DNA of 64,000 nt, taken from contig OZ242351.1 of NCBI GenBank assembly GCA_965208675.1, forward strand, positions 1,632,001 to 1,696,000, in the 5' to 3' direction. Shown here piece after piece: positions 20,825 through 29,910 of this stretch (position 1 is its first letter; every line of letters begins with the position of its first letter). This DNA comes from Candidatus Poribacteria bacterium (GTDB lineage Bacteria > Poribacteria > WGA-4E > PCPOR2b). A program made the translations under genes and the position numbers. The notes under the pieces were generated by a model. That model was given only the letters and a program-made list of their open reading frames with translations. It ran no database searches and was not told the DNA's origin.

Positions 20825-22756
20825 GTGAGCACATTCTCGAACACCGAATCTAACAAGAACCCGGCTAGTATTCCTTTTAGAGTGTTCGTCATTGGCCTTG
20901 CTTTGGCGCTCGTAAACACCTATTGGGTTGCGACAAATGACCTTATCATTGGTCCGCTGCATAACTACATGTCGCTCTTTAGTAATGCCATTTTCACCCT
21001 GTTTGTCCTGATTCTCCTGAATTTCGTTCTGAAGAAACTCCTACCAAAAACCGCCCTGTCCGACTCCGACCTTCTAGTTGTCTACGTTATGGTTGTTATG
21101 GTGACGACGGTGTCCGGACACACCAGCATGAACAAGTTGGTGGGTACGCTTGCCCACCCATTCTGGTTTGACACAGAGGAAAATGATTGGCGGAATCTGT
21201 TCTGGCGGCACATCCCCGATTGGTTTGCCATACAAGACAAGAACGTGCTGCAAGGTTTTTTCCTCGGTGAGGCCTCCTTCTTCACGCGACATTATTTCAC
21301 GGCTTGGATTGTTCCATTGCTTTGTTGGTCCGCCTTTATGTTTGTTCTCTATTTCGTCCTCATCTGCATAAACACGGTTATCAGGAGACAGTTTACTGAC
21401 CACGAACGCCTCACCTACCCGATTACGTGGATGCCATTGGAGATGGGGCGCGACACAACCGCTTTCCTAAAGAGTAAATTAATGTGGGTGGGATTCGGCA
21501 TCGCGGCTGGAATTAGTCTGCTGAATGGCCTACACGTCTTATATCCTGCTGTACCGTCTGTCCGTGTTGGGTGGCAGCATTTCAATTTTCCCGACAAACC
21601 GTGGAGTTACATGCGCGGGACACTCATCTCATTCCAGCCTTTCGTCATCGGATTGTCCTTTTTTATGCCGCTCGACCTTGCTTTTTCCGCCTGGTTCTTC
21701 TACATCTTCAAAAAAGTGACCTTGATTTTGATGGGGGTTGCCGGGTGGCGAAACCTTTACTTTGATGAACAGGCACAAGGTGCCTGGACTGCGTTGGGCA
21801 TCTTGGCGCTATGGGTCGGGCGAAATCACCTCAAGCGGGTTATCACCCACGTAGCAACCGGAAAGGCAGGCATTGACGATTCGAGAGAATCTATGTCTTA
21901 TCGGGCTGCGATTTTAGGTATCATCGGCGGGGTGTTGTTCTTCCTCTGGTTTGCTTACAGTGCAGGTTTCTCTTATTGGGTTATTCTGCTCTTTTTGGGG
22001 CTATACTGTTGCGGCGCCATCGGTTTGACAAAGGTCAGAGCCAGCCTTGGCGTAGCTGTACACGAACTGCTTTGGGTGGATCCTGGGCGGACAATGGTCA
22101 CATCTATCGGTACCCGAGCATACGGCCCCCGAAACTTGACCATTCTCAACTTCTTCTATTGGCTAAATCGAGACCAGCCGGCGCATCCGATGCCAAATCA
22201 ACTAGAAGCTTTTCGCATCGGTGAACAATCCAATATCAACAGCCGGCAACTCGTGTGGGCGATGTTAATTACCCTCGCTGTTTGTATTCCGGCAACTTTC
22301 CTAATCTATCTCAACATAGAGTATCGGGAGGGTGCGTCAAATTCGAGGTCTTTTATTCAGTGGGTCGGAGTGGAAAGTTTTGGACGGCGTCTTCAGCCGT
22401 GGTTGACTTTTCCGACCGGTCCAAATTACTTCACGATTGGCGCAATGGGCTTAGGATTTGGCGTGACCACTTTTCTCCTAATCATGAAGATGAAGTTTCT
22501 CTGGTGGCCATTTCACCCGGTCGGTTATGTGCTCGGGGTGAGTCCGGCAGAGATGGTCTACATCTGGGTGCCGGTGCTAATCAGTTGGTCGTGCAAGCTC
22601 GCCATCCTCAGGTACGGCGGTTTACGCGCTTATCGCAGAGCCATACCATTCTTTGCCGGATTGATACTGGGCGACTATTCCATGGGCTGCATTTGGAGCA
22701 TCATCAGCGCGGTGTTTAATATTTCAACCTACAATATGGCTTGGCACGGACGCTAA
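20825..22756 (+). CDS. Polytopic membrane protein, DUF6785/DUF6784-like (putative transporter)
   Basis: Many hydrophobic segments, RRQFTDHERLTYPI, WWPFHPVGY and PFFAGLILG. Paralog at 52012. Confidence 0.75.
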   Translation: MSTFSNTESNKNPASIPFRVFVIGLALALVNTYWVATNDLIIGPLHNYMSLFSNAIFTLFVLILLNFVLKKLLPKTALSDSDLLVVYVMVVMVTTVSGHTSMNKLVGTLAHPFWFDTEENDWRNLFWRHIPDWFAIQDKNVLQGFFLGEASFFTRHYFTAWIVPLLCWSAFMFVLYFVLICINTVIRRQFTDHERLTYPITWMPLEMGRDTTAFLKSKLMWVGFGIAAGISLLNGLHVLYPAVPSVRVGWQHFNFPDKPWSYMRGTLISFQPFVIGLSFFMPLDLAFSAWFFYIFKKVTLILMGVAGWRNLYFDEQAQGAWTALGILALWVGRNHLKRVITHVATGKAGIDDSRESMSYRAAILGIIGGVLFFLWFAYSAGFSYWVILLFLGLYCCGAIGLTKVRASLGVAVHELLWVDPGRTMVTSIGTRAYGPRNLTILNFFYWLNRDQPAHPMPNQLEAFRIGEQSNINSRQLVWAMLITLAVCIPATFLIYLNIEYREGASNSRSFIQWVGVESFGRRLQPWLTFPTGPNYFTIGAMGLGFGVTTFLLIMKMKFLWWPFHPVGYVLGVSPAEMVYIWVPVLISWSCKLAILRYGGLRAYRRAIPFFAGLILGDYSMGCIWSIISAVFNISTYNMAWHGR

Positions 22757-22845
22757 ATACCTATTCGAAAGACGTACATTACGATTTCCGATTCAACTTA
22801 GACGGAAGGCACCGCCATATTTTCAATCCCGGAGTTTAAGACATT

Positions 22846-23610
22846 ATGAGACTTGAAAACAAAGTTGCAATTGTTACCGGAGCAGCTCAGGGTATGGGTT
22901 TCGCAACAGCAAAGATTTTCAACCAACACGGAGCTAGGGTTGCCATGATTGACGTGAACACTGAGAAGCTCCTGCAGGCGGGTAAAGTTGTTGAATCCCT
23001 TGGTGCGAAGCCGCTGACGCTCGACATCGACATCAGTGATTCCACGGCGGTAAGACAGGCGGTCCAAGACGTATACAACGCTTGGGCACGAGTAGACGTG
23101 TTGGTCAACAACGCGGCAATCCAGTCACCCGGCGGTAATTTCGTTAACGCAACCGACGAGGTCTGGGACCGCTATTTGGCGGTCAACGTCAAAAGCGCCG
23201 GGTTTCTGGTCAGAGAAGTCATTCCCTTGATGCAGCAGCAGAAAGGCGGAAGCATCATCAACATCGGGTCGATTTCTGCGATGGTTGTTTTCCCCGGTCA
23301 AGCAGTATATGCCGCAACCAAAGGGGCTATTCTGCAGTTGACCCGCGCCATCGCGGTAGACTTCGGTAAGGACGGGATTCGCGCGAACTGTATCTGTCCC
23401 GGTCCGACCCTCTCCGGTCCCCTAGCGAACGGGATTGCCGAAGATGGTGCGTTAAATCCGGAGTTAGAAAATTTGGCGAACATGCATCCGCTTCAACGTC
23501 TCGCACAACCTGAAGATATCGCTCATGCCTCTCTATTTTTGGCTTCGGACGAGTCTCGGCATGTCACTGGGGTTGTGCTGCCCGTGGACGGCGGCTTTAC
23601 CGCCAGATAA
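22846..23610 (+). CDS. SDR family oxidoreductase
   Basis: TGAAQGMG, NNAA, YAATK and VDGG. Confidence 0.92.
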   Translation: MRLENKVAIVTGAAQGMGFATAKIFNQHGARVAMIDVNTEKLLQAGKVVESLGAKPLTLDIDISDSTAVRQAVQDVYNAWARVDVLVNNAAIQSPGGNFVNATDEVWDRYLAVNVKSAGFLVREVIPLMQQQKGGSIINIGSISAMVVFPGQAVYAATKGAILQLTRAIAVDFGKDGIRANCICPGPTLSGPLANGIAEDGALNPELENLANMHPLQRLAQPEDIAHASLFLASDESRHVTGVVLPVDGGFTAR

Positions 23611-23647
23611 AAAAATATTCCACTAGCCAATAACCACTGATTTTCCC

Positions 23648-23677
23648 TTGACACGTGGATTTACCATCTGTTAAGAT
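23648..23677 (+). promoter_or_regulatory. Sigma-70-type promoter
   Basis: TTGACA-18 bp-TAAGAT with an extended -10 TG. Confidence 0.6.
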
Positions 23678-23682
23678 TTAGA

Positions 23683-23768
23683 AAAGATACCGCTCTGTTT
23701 AAAATTTAAAATATTACCATTTAACGGCGAGGTGAGGGCGCTGTGCGGTGCCCCCCTCGCCTTTTTTT
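23683..23768 (+). ncRNA. Candidate ~85-nt small RNA
   Basis: Lies between the promoter above and an intrinsic terminator, with no credible ORF. No family recognised. Confidence 0.4.
23726..23768 (+). terminator. Intrinsic terminator
   Basis: GC-rich hairpin GGCGAGG...CCTCGCC followed by T7. Confidence 0.75.
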
Positions 23769-24298
23769 ATCCGACAGCGCGGAACATGCCTGAATAATCA
23801 GTCGGACCGGCGCCGAACGCGTCGAATTAGCGAAATAAATGAGATTGGCATTGTGGCATAAAATCAAAACTAAAAAATCAGAATTTCAACCCAAACTCTG
23901 CGAAGTGTCCCGAAAAGGGAAACGCCGATTAGGGTCACAAAAGGACACTTTAGGGCACATTGAAGCCGGTGAATTGAGGCAAGGGCCGGACATGCCGCCG
24001 AGCCAATGTTTGACGAGATTCTCAAGCGTTTGGATATTCTAAAATCAACCCAAAATTCGCCGATGGCAGAGAGTGTCCCCAAGGCCAAAATCACATTGGT
24101 AGGGACACCTTGGGACACCGTGAAAGACATAATCTCAATCGCAAATCCTACCGCGAACAACCAAAACTCAACAGCCAACGCCGAAATTTACGAGAATTTG
24201 CAATACGCATAATTAAAGTAGAAGGCATACGCCGTGTGCCGTAATTGACGTCACGATGTCAACATTGTGTTGACGTTTTTAAACGATAGGATTTTGGA

Positions 24299-24327
24299 TT
24301 GAAAGCGTAAGTTTTTTTTGATATAAT
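24299..24327 (+). promoter_or_regulatory. Sigma-70-type promoter with T8 in the spacer
   Basis: TTGAAA-17 bp-TATAAT with an extended -10 TG. Conserved in copy 2. Confidence 0.7.
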
Positions 24328-24502
24328 ACCGGCAGCTTGCATGTCCTTTCCAAACAACCTGAATTTGGAGTAGCGTTTTTGAGAGCGCGCAAGTTTGGCG
24401 GCGCATGGATGGGCTTGTGATGTGTGATTGTAATTGGAGCATAACTTATCATCTACAAAGGATTGTCCAACGTAATCAATCCGTAGAAAGGGAGGCAATG
24501 TC

Positions 24503-25294
24503 ATGTCCAGTATTGAAAGGATGATTTTAATTGGATGTGTATCTTTATTTGCTCTTGGATTCGTGCTGCAAAGTTCCTACGCCGCGATTGATCCAAACAC
24601 TATTGTTGGCGTTTGGACTTTTGAAGAAGGTGAGGGTGAGGAAGTCAGGGATATCTCGGGTAACGGAAATGACGGGATGTTCTTGGGCAACCCCAAATGG
24701 GTTGACGGAAAATTTGGCACTGCTCTGGATTTCAAGAGCTTGGGTGATGTTGTACACATCCCCGAATTTGGTCTAGTCGCACCTCAAAAAGAGGCAACAA
24801 TAACCTTTTGGACAGAACTTGGAGATACACAGGATTGCGACATCCTAAGTTTTGACCCGCTTGATGGAGCGAACCGTATCACCATCCACTTTCCTTGGGG
24901 CAACGGTGTTGTTTGGCAGCACGGCACCGACCAGCATGTTGCAGCAGGCGGAATGCCGAAGGAAACGCTGAATAACTGGGAATTTTGGGCTTTTATCGGG
25001 AGTACCAGAGGGAACTACATGAGAATCCTGCGAAATATGGAAGAGTTTGATTTGAGGGAGGATACAGCTACGGCGAAGCCCGCTTTTGTCGCTTCTGAAC
25101 AAACTTGGAGCATTGGCGGCCGACAAGGGTCGTCGTATACAGGAATCATTGATGAAGTCGGGGTGTTTGAAGCGGCTCTCAGCGACGAGGATTTGACTGA
25201 AATTATGGAAAATGGTCTGGAAATTACCGCATTTGCAGTCCACCCGTCGGAAAAAATGACGACCTCTTGGGGAAAGATTAAGCGAAAAAACTAA
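24503..25294 (+). CDS. Secreted LamG-like jellyroll protein (LamG-A1)
   Basis: Signal peptide ending SYA, WTFEEG...DISGNGNDG, GKFGTALDF, GIIDEVGVF, C-terminal AVHPSEKMTTSWGKIK. GGGAGG RBS. Confidence 0.88.
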   Translation: MSSIERMILIGCVSLFALGFVLQSSYAAIDPNTIVGVWTFEEGEGEEVRDISGNGNDGMFLGNPKWVDGKFGTALDFKSLGDVVHIPEFGLVAPQKEATITFWTELGDTQDCDILSFDPLDGANRITIHFPWGNGVVWQHGTDQHVAAGGMPKETLNNWEFWAFIGSTRGNYMRILRNMEEFDLREDTATAKPAFVASEQTWSIGGRQGSSYTGIIDEVGVFEAALSDEDLTEIMENGLEITAFAVHPSEKMTTSWGKIKRKN

Positions 25295-25316
25295 TTTCCT
25301 GTTGCTAAGCCATATG

Positions 25317-25643
25317 CGAAGCCTTTAACGCTTACCTAAACGGCGTACCGGTTCTTACAACGGAAAGTTTTGATGGGCCGCCTTTCCGAAGCACTAATCC
25401 CAAACCGATGACAGCACTCTACATGATTTATCCGGAACAACCAATCCAAATCGGTGTGGGTAAAGGTTGGGGCGGTGAAAAGATTTCAGGTATCTTAATG
25501 CAATCGTTGATGAGGTCGTGATTTACGAGCGCGCGATTTCGCGCGGCGAACTTAACGAACTCATGGACTTCGACTAGCCGACGGTAGCCGTTGAACCGAA
25601 GGATAAGTTCACCGTCAGATGGGCTGAAATCAAGAACGAGTAA
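25317..25643 (+). pseudogene. 3' remnant of LamG-B
   Basis: Copy of 27800-28128 with a 1-nt deletion (GAAAATGAT to GAAAAGAT) and TGG to TAG. The 5' part is deleted. Confidence 0.85.
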
Positions 25644-25863
25644 AGGCAACTCACCTTTAAGGATGTCTAATCGAAGAGGCCGGTCCTGCGTAGTTACCAA
25701 TGTGCGTGGTCCGGCTTTTTCCGTTTTGACCACCTCAACACGCTAGAAGGCGGGCAAAGAGGGTGTCTAGTATTGCCATTCCGAAACTACCTTTAAACAG
25801 AAGAAGGCATGTGCATAAACGTTGAAAAAACCATTACAAATTATGTACAAAAGGTAGGTGGGA

Positions 25864-25971
25864 ATGAAGTCTAGCGCTGTGGCAAGGCTGACTGTCATGT
25901 GTACCGGTTTCGTGGTTCTTTGGTCCATCCACGCAGGATCTAGGCGTGTGCCGGACATACTGTCGAGCTAG
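25864..25971 (+). pseudogene. 5' remnant (signal peptide) of a third secreted gene, LamG-C
   Basis: MKSSAVARLTVMCTGFVVL, then stops at codon 36. Homologous to 28349-28394. Confidence 0.55.
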
Positions 25972-26192
25972 TGTTTGACGGGATTCTTAAGTATTTGGAT
26001 ATTCGAAAATCAACCAAGATTTTTACGGCGGACGTGTGCGTCACCAAGGACACAATCGCACGGGGTAGGACACTCACGCGAATTACGGCAGCCGTCGTAT
26101 GCTGTTAAAGTAGCAGGTATACCCCGTATGCAGTGTTTCACGTGCCAAAACCAACATCGTGCTGACGATTATTTAAACGATTGGATTTTGGC

Positions 26193-26221
26193 TTGAAAGC
26201 GCGAGTTTTTTTTGATATAAT
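26193..26221 (+). promoter_or_regulatory. Sigma-70-type promoter with T8 in the spacer
   Basis: TTGAAA-17 bp-TATAAT with an extended -10 TG. Confidence 0.7.
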
Positions 26222-26397
26222 ACCGGCAACTTACATGTCCTTTCCAAACAACCTGAATCTGCAAAAGCGTTTTTGAGAACGCTCAAGTTTGACGATGTAT
26301 GGATAGGCTTGTCATGTGTGCTTGTAATCGGGGCATAACTTAACATCTACAAAGGATTGTCCAATGTTATCAATACCGTAGAAAGGGAGGCAATGTG

Positions 26398-27189
26398 ATG
26401 TCAGGTATTGAAAGGAAGATTTTAATTGCATTTGTAGTTTTATTTACTCTCGGTTTCGTGTTTCAATCCTCGTACGCCGCGATCGATCCAAACACCATAG
26501 TTGCCGCATATACTTTTGAAGAAGGTGTGGGTGAAGAGGTCAGGGATATCTCGGGTAACGGAAATGACGGAATGTTCTTGGGCAACCCCAAATGGGTTGA
26601 CGGAAAATTTGGCACCGCTCTGGATTTCAAGAGCTTGGGTGATGTTGTACACATCCCCGAATTTGGTCTAGTCGCACCTCAAAAAGAGGCAACAATTACC
26701 TTTTGGACAGAACTTGGAGATACACAGGATTGCGACATCCTAAGTTTTGACCCGCTTGATGGAGCGAACCGTATCACCATCCACTTTCCCTGGGGTAACG
26801 GCGTTGTTTGGCAGCACGGCACCGACCAGAACTTCGCAGGCGGCGGAATGCCAAAGGATACTCTGAATAACTGGGAATTTTGGGCTTTCATCGGGAGTAC
26901 CAGAGGGAACTACATGAGAATCCTGCGAAATATGGAAGAGTTTGATTTGAGGGAGGATACAGCTACGGCGAAGCCCGCTTTTGTCGCTTCTGAACAAACT
27001 TGGAGCATTGGCGGCCGACAAGGGTCGTCGTATACAGGAATCATTGATGAAGTCGGGGTGTTTGAAGCGGCTCTCAGCGACGAGGATTTGACTGAAATTA
27101 TGGAAAATGGTCTGGAAATTACCGCATTTGCAGTCCACCCGTCGGAAAAAATGACGACCACTTGGGGCAAGATTAAGGAAAAACAATAA
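26398..27189 (+). CDS. Secreted LamG-like jellyroll protein (LamG-A2)
   Basis: Near-identical paralog of 24503-25294, ending AVHPSEKMTTTWGKIK. Confidence 0.88.
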   Translation: MSGIERKILIAFVVLFTLGFVFQSSYAAIDPNTIVAAYTFEEGVGEEVRDISGNGNDGMFLGNPKWVDGKFGTALDFKSLGDVVHIPEFGLVAPQKEATITFWTELGDTQDCDILSFDPLDGANRITIHFPWGNGVVWQHGTDQNFAGGGMPKDTLNNWEFWAFIGSTRGNYMRILRNMEEFDLREDTATAKPAFVASEQTWSIGGRQGSSYTGIIDEVGVFEAALSDEDLTEIMENGLEITAFAVHPSEKMTTTWGKIKEKQ

Positions 27190-27270
27190 TTTCCGGTTGC
27201 CTAAGCGATTTGCGTAACCTAACACAAAAACAGTTTAAGTCATGAATTCATCTTCTAAAGGAGGTTTACC

Positions 27271-28128
27271 ATGTTTCGTATTGCTTACATTATTGCGGTC
27301 TTGGGCTTGAGTGTAGTCGCAAGCATCGGTTCGGCAGATGTGATGGATGGTGTAATTTCCGTCTGGAATTTTAATGATGGTACCGCTAATGACCTGTTTG
27401 GCCGCAACAACGGAATTGTGAACGGCGGTGTCCAATTCGTTGAGGGCAGGATTCAAATGGGCGTTGACCTGAATGGGATAGATGCATCCGTCGATATTCC
27501 CCACGGGCCCACCATGGATCCGATGGAAAATGCCTGGAGCGTTGCCGCATGGGCGTTCATTCGAAATGGTGGAGACGCTTGGCCCATTGTTTGGAAGGGT
27601 GAGCAACTCGGTGGAGGCCCACTCTTTATGTTTCGTTTATGCACCAACAGCAACGTCGCTCTGACATGGGGCGCCAATAATGTCAAAGGTTCTGTACACA
27701 ACGAGAAAGAGCCGGGCGCAATCACGGCAGAGGGATGGTTCCATTCTAATCGCGTGTACAAGACCGGTGAATGGATCCACGTAGCGGAAATCGCGAACGG
27801 CGAAACCTTTAATGCTTACCTAAACGGCGAACCGGTTCTTACAACGGAAAGTTTTGATGGGGCGCCGTTCCGAAGCACTGATCCCAAACCCATGACTGCA
27901 CCCTACATGATTTATCCGGAACAACCAATCCAAATCGGTGTGGGTAAAGGTTGGGGCGGCGAAAATGATTTCAGGTATCTTGATGCAATCGTTGATGAGG
28001 TCGTGATTTATGACCGCGCGATTTCGCACGACGAACTTAACGAACTTATGGACTTCGACTGGCCGACGGTAGCCGTTGAACCGAAGGATAAGCTCGCCGT
28101 CAGATGGGCTGAAATCAAGAACGAGTAA
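27271..28128 (+). CDS. Secreted LamG-like jellyroll protein (LamG-B)
   Basis: Signal peptide, WNFNDG, GEWIHVA, AYLNGE, DEVVIYDRAIS, C-terminal AVEPKDKLAVRWAEIK. AGGAGG RBS. Confidence 0.88.
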   Translation: MFRIAYIIAVLGLSVVASIGSADVMDGVISVWNFNDGTANDLFGRNNGIVNGGVQFVEGRIQMGVDLNGIDASVDIPHGPTMDPMENAWSVAAWAFIRNGGDAWPIVWKGEQLGGGPLFMFRLCTNSNVALTWGANNVKGSVHNEKEPGAITAEGWFHSNRVYKTGEWIHVAEIANGETFNAYLNGEPVLTTESFDGAPFRSTDPKPMTAPYMIYPEQPIQIGVGKGWGGENDFRYLDAIVDEVVIYDRAISHDELNELMDFDWPTVAVEPKDKLAVRWAEIKNE

Positions 28129-28162
28129 AGGCAACTCACCTTAAGGATGTCTAATCGAAGAG

Positions 28163-28204
28163 GCCGGTCCTGCGTAGTTACAAATGTGCGTGGTCCGGCT
28201 TTTT
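28163..28204 (+). terminator. Putative intrinsic terminator after LamG-B
   Basis: Imperfect hairpin GCCGG...CCGGC followed by T5. Conserved in copy 1 (~25679-25720). Confidence 0.5.
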
Positions 28205-28348
28205 CCGTTTTGAACACATCAAACCGCATAGAAGGTGCGTAAAAAGGGTGTCTAGTATTGCAATTCCTAAACTACCTTTAAACCGGAGAAGGCATGTGCA
28301 TAAACGTTGAAAAAACCATTACAACTTTTGTACAAAAGGTAGGTGGGA

Positions 28349-28572
28349 ATAATGTCTAGTGCTGTGGCAACGCTGACTGTCATGTGTACCGGTTGGTAGG
28401 TTCGTCATATACAGGCATTATTGACGAACTTGGGGTTTTCAATGCAACCCTTAGCAACGACGATATTCAAAGTATTATGGACAAAGCGTTGGTCCAGACC
28501 GCCTTGGCTGAAGCGGTCTCCCCATTAAGCAAGCTGACCACTACTTGGAGCCAAATTAAAACGCGGGACTAA
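28349..28572 (+). pseudogene. Internally deleted LamG-C
   Basis: Signal-peptide start (MSSAVATLTVMCTG) joined out of frame to a LamG C-terminus, GSSYTGIIDELGVF...AVSPLSKLTTTWSQIK. Confidence 0.75.
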
Positions 28573-28782
28573 CTAAGGAAGAGACGGAATGCCATCCCGT
28601 CGTACGAATCAATCTGGTGCTCTCTCTCTTCGATCGGAAAAGGAACTGATAATGGCTGGTCACCACGTTTGGGGCTAAGTTTGTCCCACATTCATATACC
28701 TAATGCCTAAGTTCCGAAGGCATTAATCTTATCACAAAGGAAACCACTGGATAACCGCTTATAGGTTATTGGGAGGTTAAGG

Positions 28783-29775
28783 ATGTATTACAGATGGAAA
28801 CTTGCGATTCTCATGTTATCTGGCGTCGTACTGTTGAATGGCATTTTGTTATTAATGAGCGTTCGGGCGCAAGCCCCCCAAAAAGGGACAATCGCTTTCG
28901 CTACGCCTCGTCCTCCTGCAGGCAATCTCTGGTTAATGGATGCCGATGGCGAGAATCCGCGCGCAGTGCCGAACGTTAAGGGAAGCGTCTCGGGTATGAC
29001 ATGGTCCCCGGATGGTCGAAAGATCGCCTACTACAGCGGTGTAGAGCCGAACAACGATGAGATCTTTGTGATCGATGCCGATGGCGAGAATCTCACAAGG
29101 CTGACAGAGCACCCCAAGAACGACAGATGGCCAACGTGGCATCCTAACGGTCAAAAGATTGCATTCGCCTCCAAAAGGGATGGGAACTTGGAAATTTACG
29201 TAATGAACGCTAATGGTGAGGCAAAGCAGAATATAACCAACCACCCGGACGCAGATTTCGACCCGTCATGGTCGCCGGATGGTCGAAAGATTGCGTTTTA
29301 CACCTCCCGGGACGGTAATGCGGAAATCTATGTGATGGACGCCGACGGAATGGATGCACAAAACCTCACCAACCATAACGCTGAAGACATCCAACCAGAC
29401 TGGTCGCCAGACAGTCAAAAGATTGCTTTTGTCTCTGACCGCCGGGACGGCAATAACATCTTTGTGATAGGCGTAGATGGGAATAACCTAAAGCGGCTCA
29501 CAAATGTGCCTCAACCAGACACTGAGCCTGCGTGGTCGCCAGATGGTGAAAAGATTGTCTTTACGAGCGCTCGAGGTGGAAAAGTTGACATTTGGGTGAT
29601 GGATGCAAACGGAAAGGGTGAACCTGAAAAACTCACAAAGGAAGCTCACTGGAACCGTTCGGCAGATTGGTTTGACCCCGCCTTTGCCCAGCGATTTTCC
29701 GTTTCACCCGCTGACAAGCGCCCTTTGACCTGGGGTTGGCTCAAGAGGTTCGGACGTGCCCTACCTCAGAAATAA
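28783..29775 (+). CDS. Secreted TolB-like PD40 beta-propeller protein
   Basis: Signal peptide, repeated WSPDGRKIAF/EIYVMDADG, C-terminal SVSPADKRPLTWGWLK. Confidence 0.9.
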   Translation: MYYRWKLAILMLSGVVLLNGILLLMSVRAQAPQKGTIAFATPRPPAGNLWLMDADGENPRAVPNVKGSVSGMTWSPDGRKIAYYSGVEPNNDEIFVIDADGENLTRLTEHPKNDRWPTWHPNGQKIAFASKRDGNLEIYVMNANGEAKQNITNHPDADFDPSWSPDGRKIAFYTSRDGNAEIYVMDADGMDAQNLTNHNAEDIQPDWSPDSQKIAFVSDRRDGNNIFVIGVDGNNLKRLTNVPQPDTEPAWSPDGEKIVFTSARGGKVDIWVMDANGKGEPEKLTKEAHWNRSADWFDPAFAQRFSVSPADKRPLTWGWLKRFGRALPQK

Positions 29776-29910
29776 AGCAGTTTAGTTAGGGTTACAAGGT
29801 GGTGCCAGAGGGTAGTGTACGATAGGCGGCGCTGGACTGTGACCACTGTTGCGGCAATCCAAAGGAAGAGAATTTCTTAACAAAAAAATAAGCTAAATAG
29901 GAGGTTTATC

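Larger units (their letters stand above)
24213..25909 (+). repeat. Copy 1 of the duplicated LamG unit
   Basis: Aligns by eye to 26105-28394, except for a ~590-bp deletion. Begins at a REP-like element (24215-24242). Confidence 0.85.
26105..28394 (+). repeat. Copy 2 of the duplicated LamG unit
   Basis: Direct repeat of 24213-25909. Begins at a degenerate REP (26107-26134). Confidence 0.85.

Noticed and set aside
23839-24212. Short ORFs with faint echoes of the C-terminal motif (LALWHKIK, GTPWDTVK)
   Set aside because: The matches are too short and there are no supporting domains. They may be remnants but cannot be supported.
25317-28128. Diversity-generating retroelement TR/VR pair (non-coding copy of the LamG-B 3' end)
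   Set aside because: Mismatches involve all four bases plus indels rather than being adenine-specific, the repeat extends far into intergenic DNA, and no reverse transcriptase is in the window.
28250-28360. Structured RNA from CTACCTTT/AAAGGTAG and ATTCC/GGAAT pairing in both repeat copies
   Set aside because: Conservation is explained by the duplication, and the differences are not cleanly compensatory. It could still occlude the LamG-C RBS.
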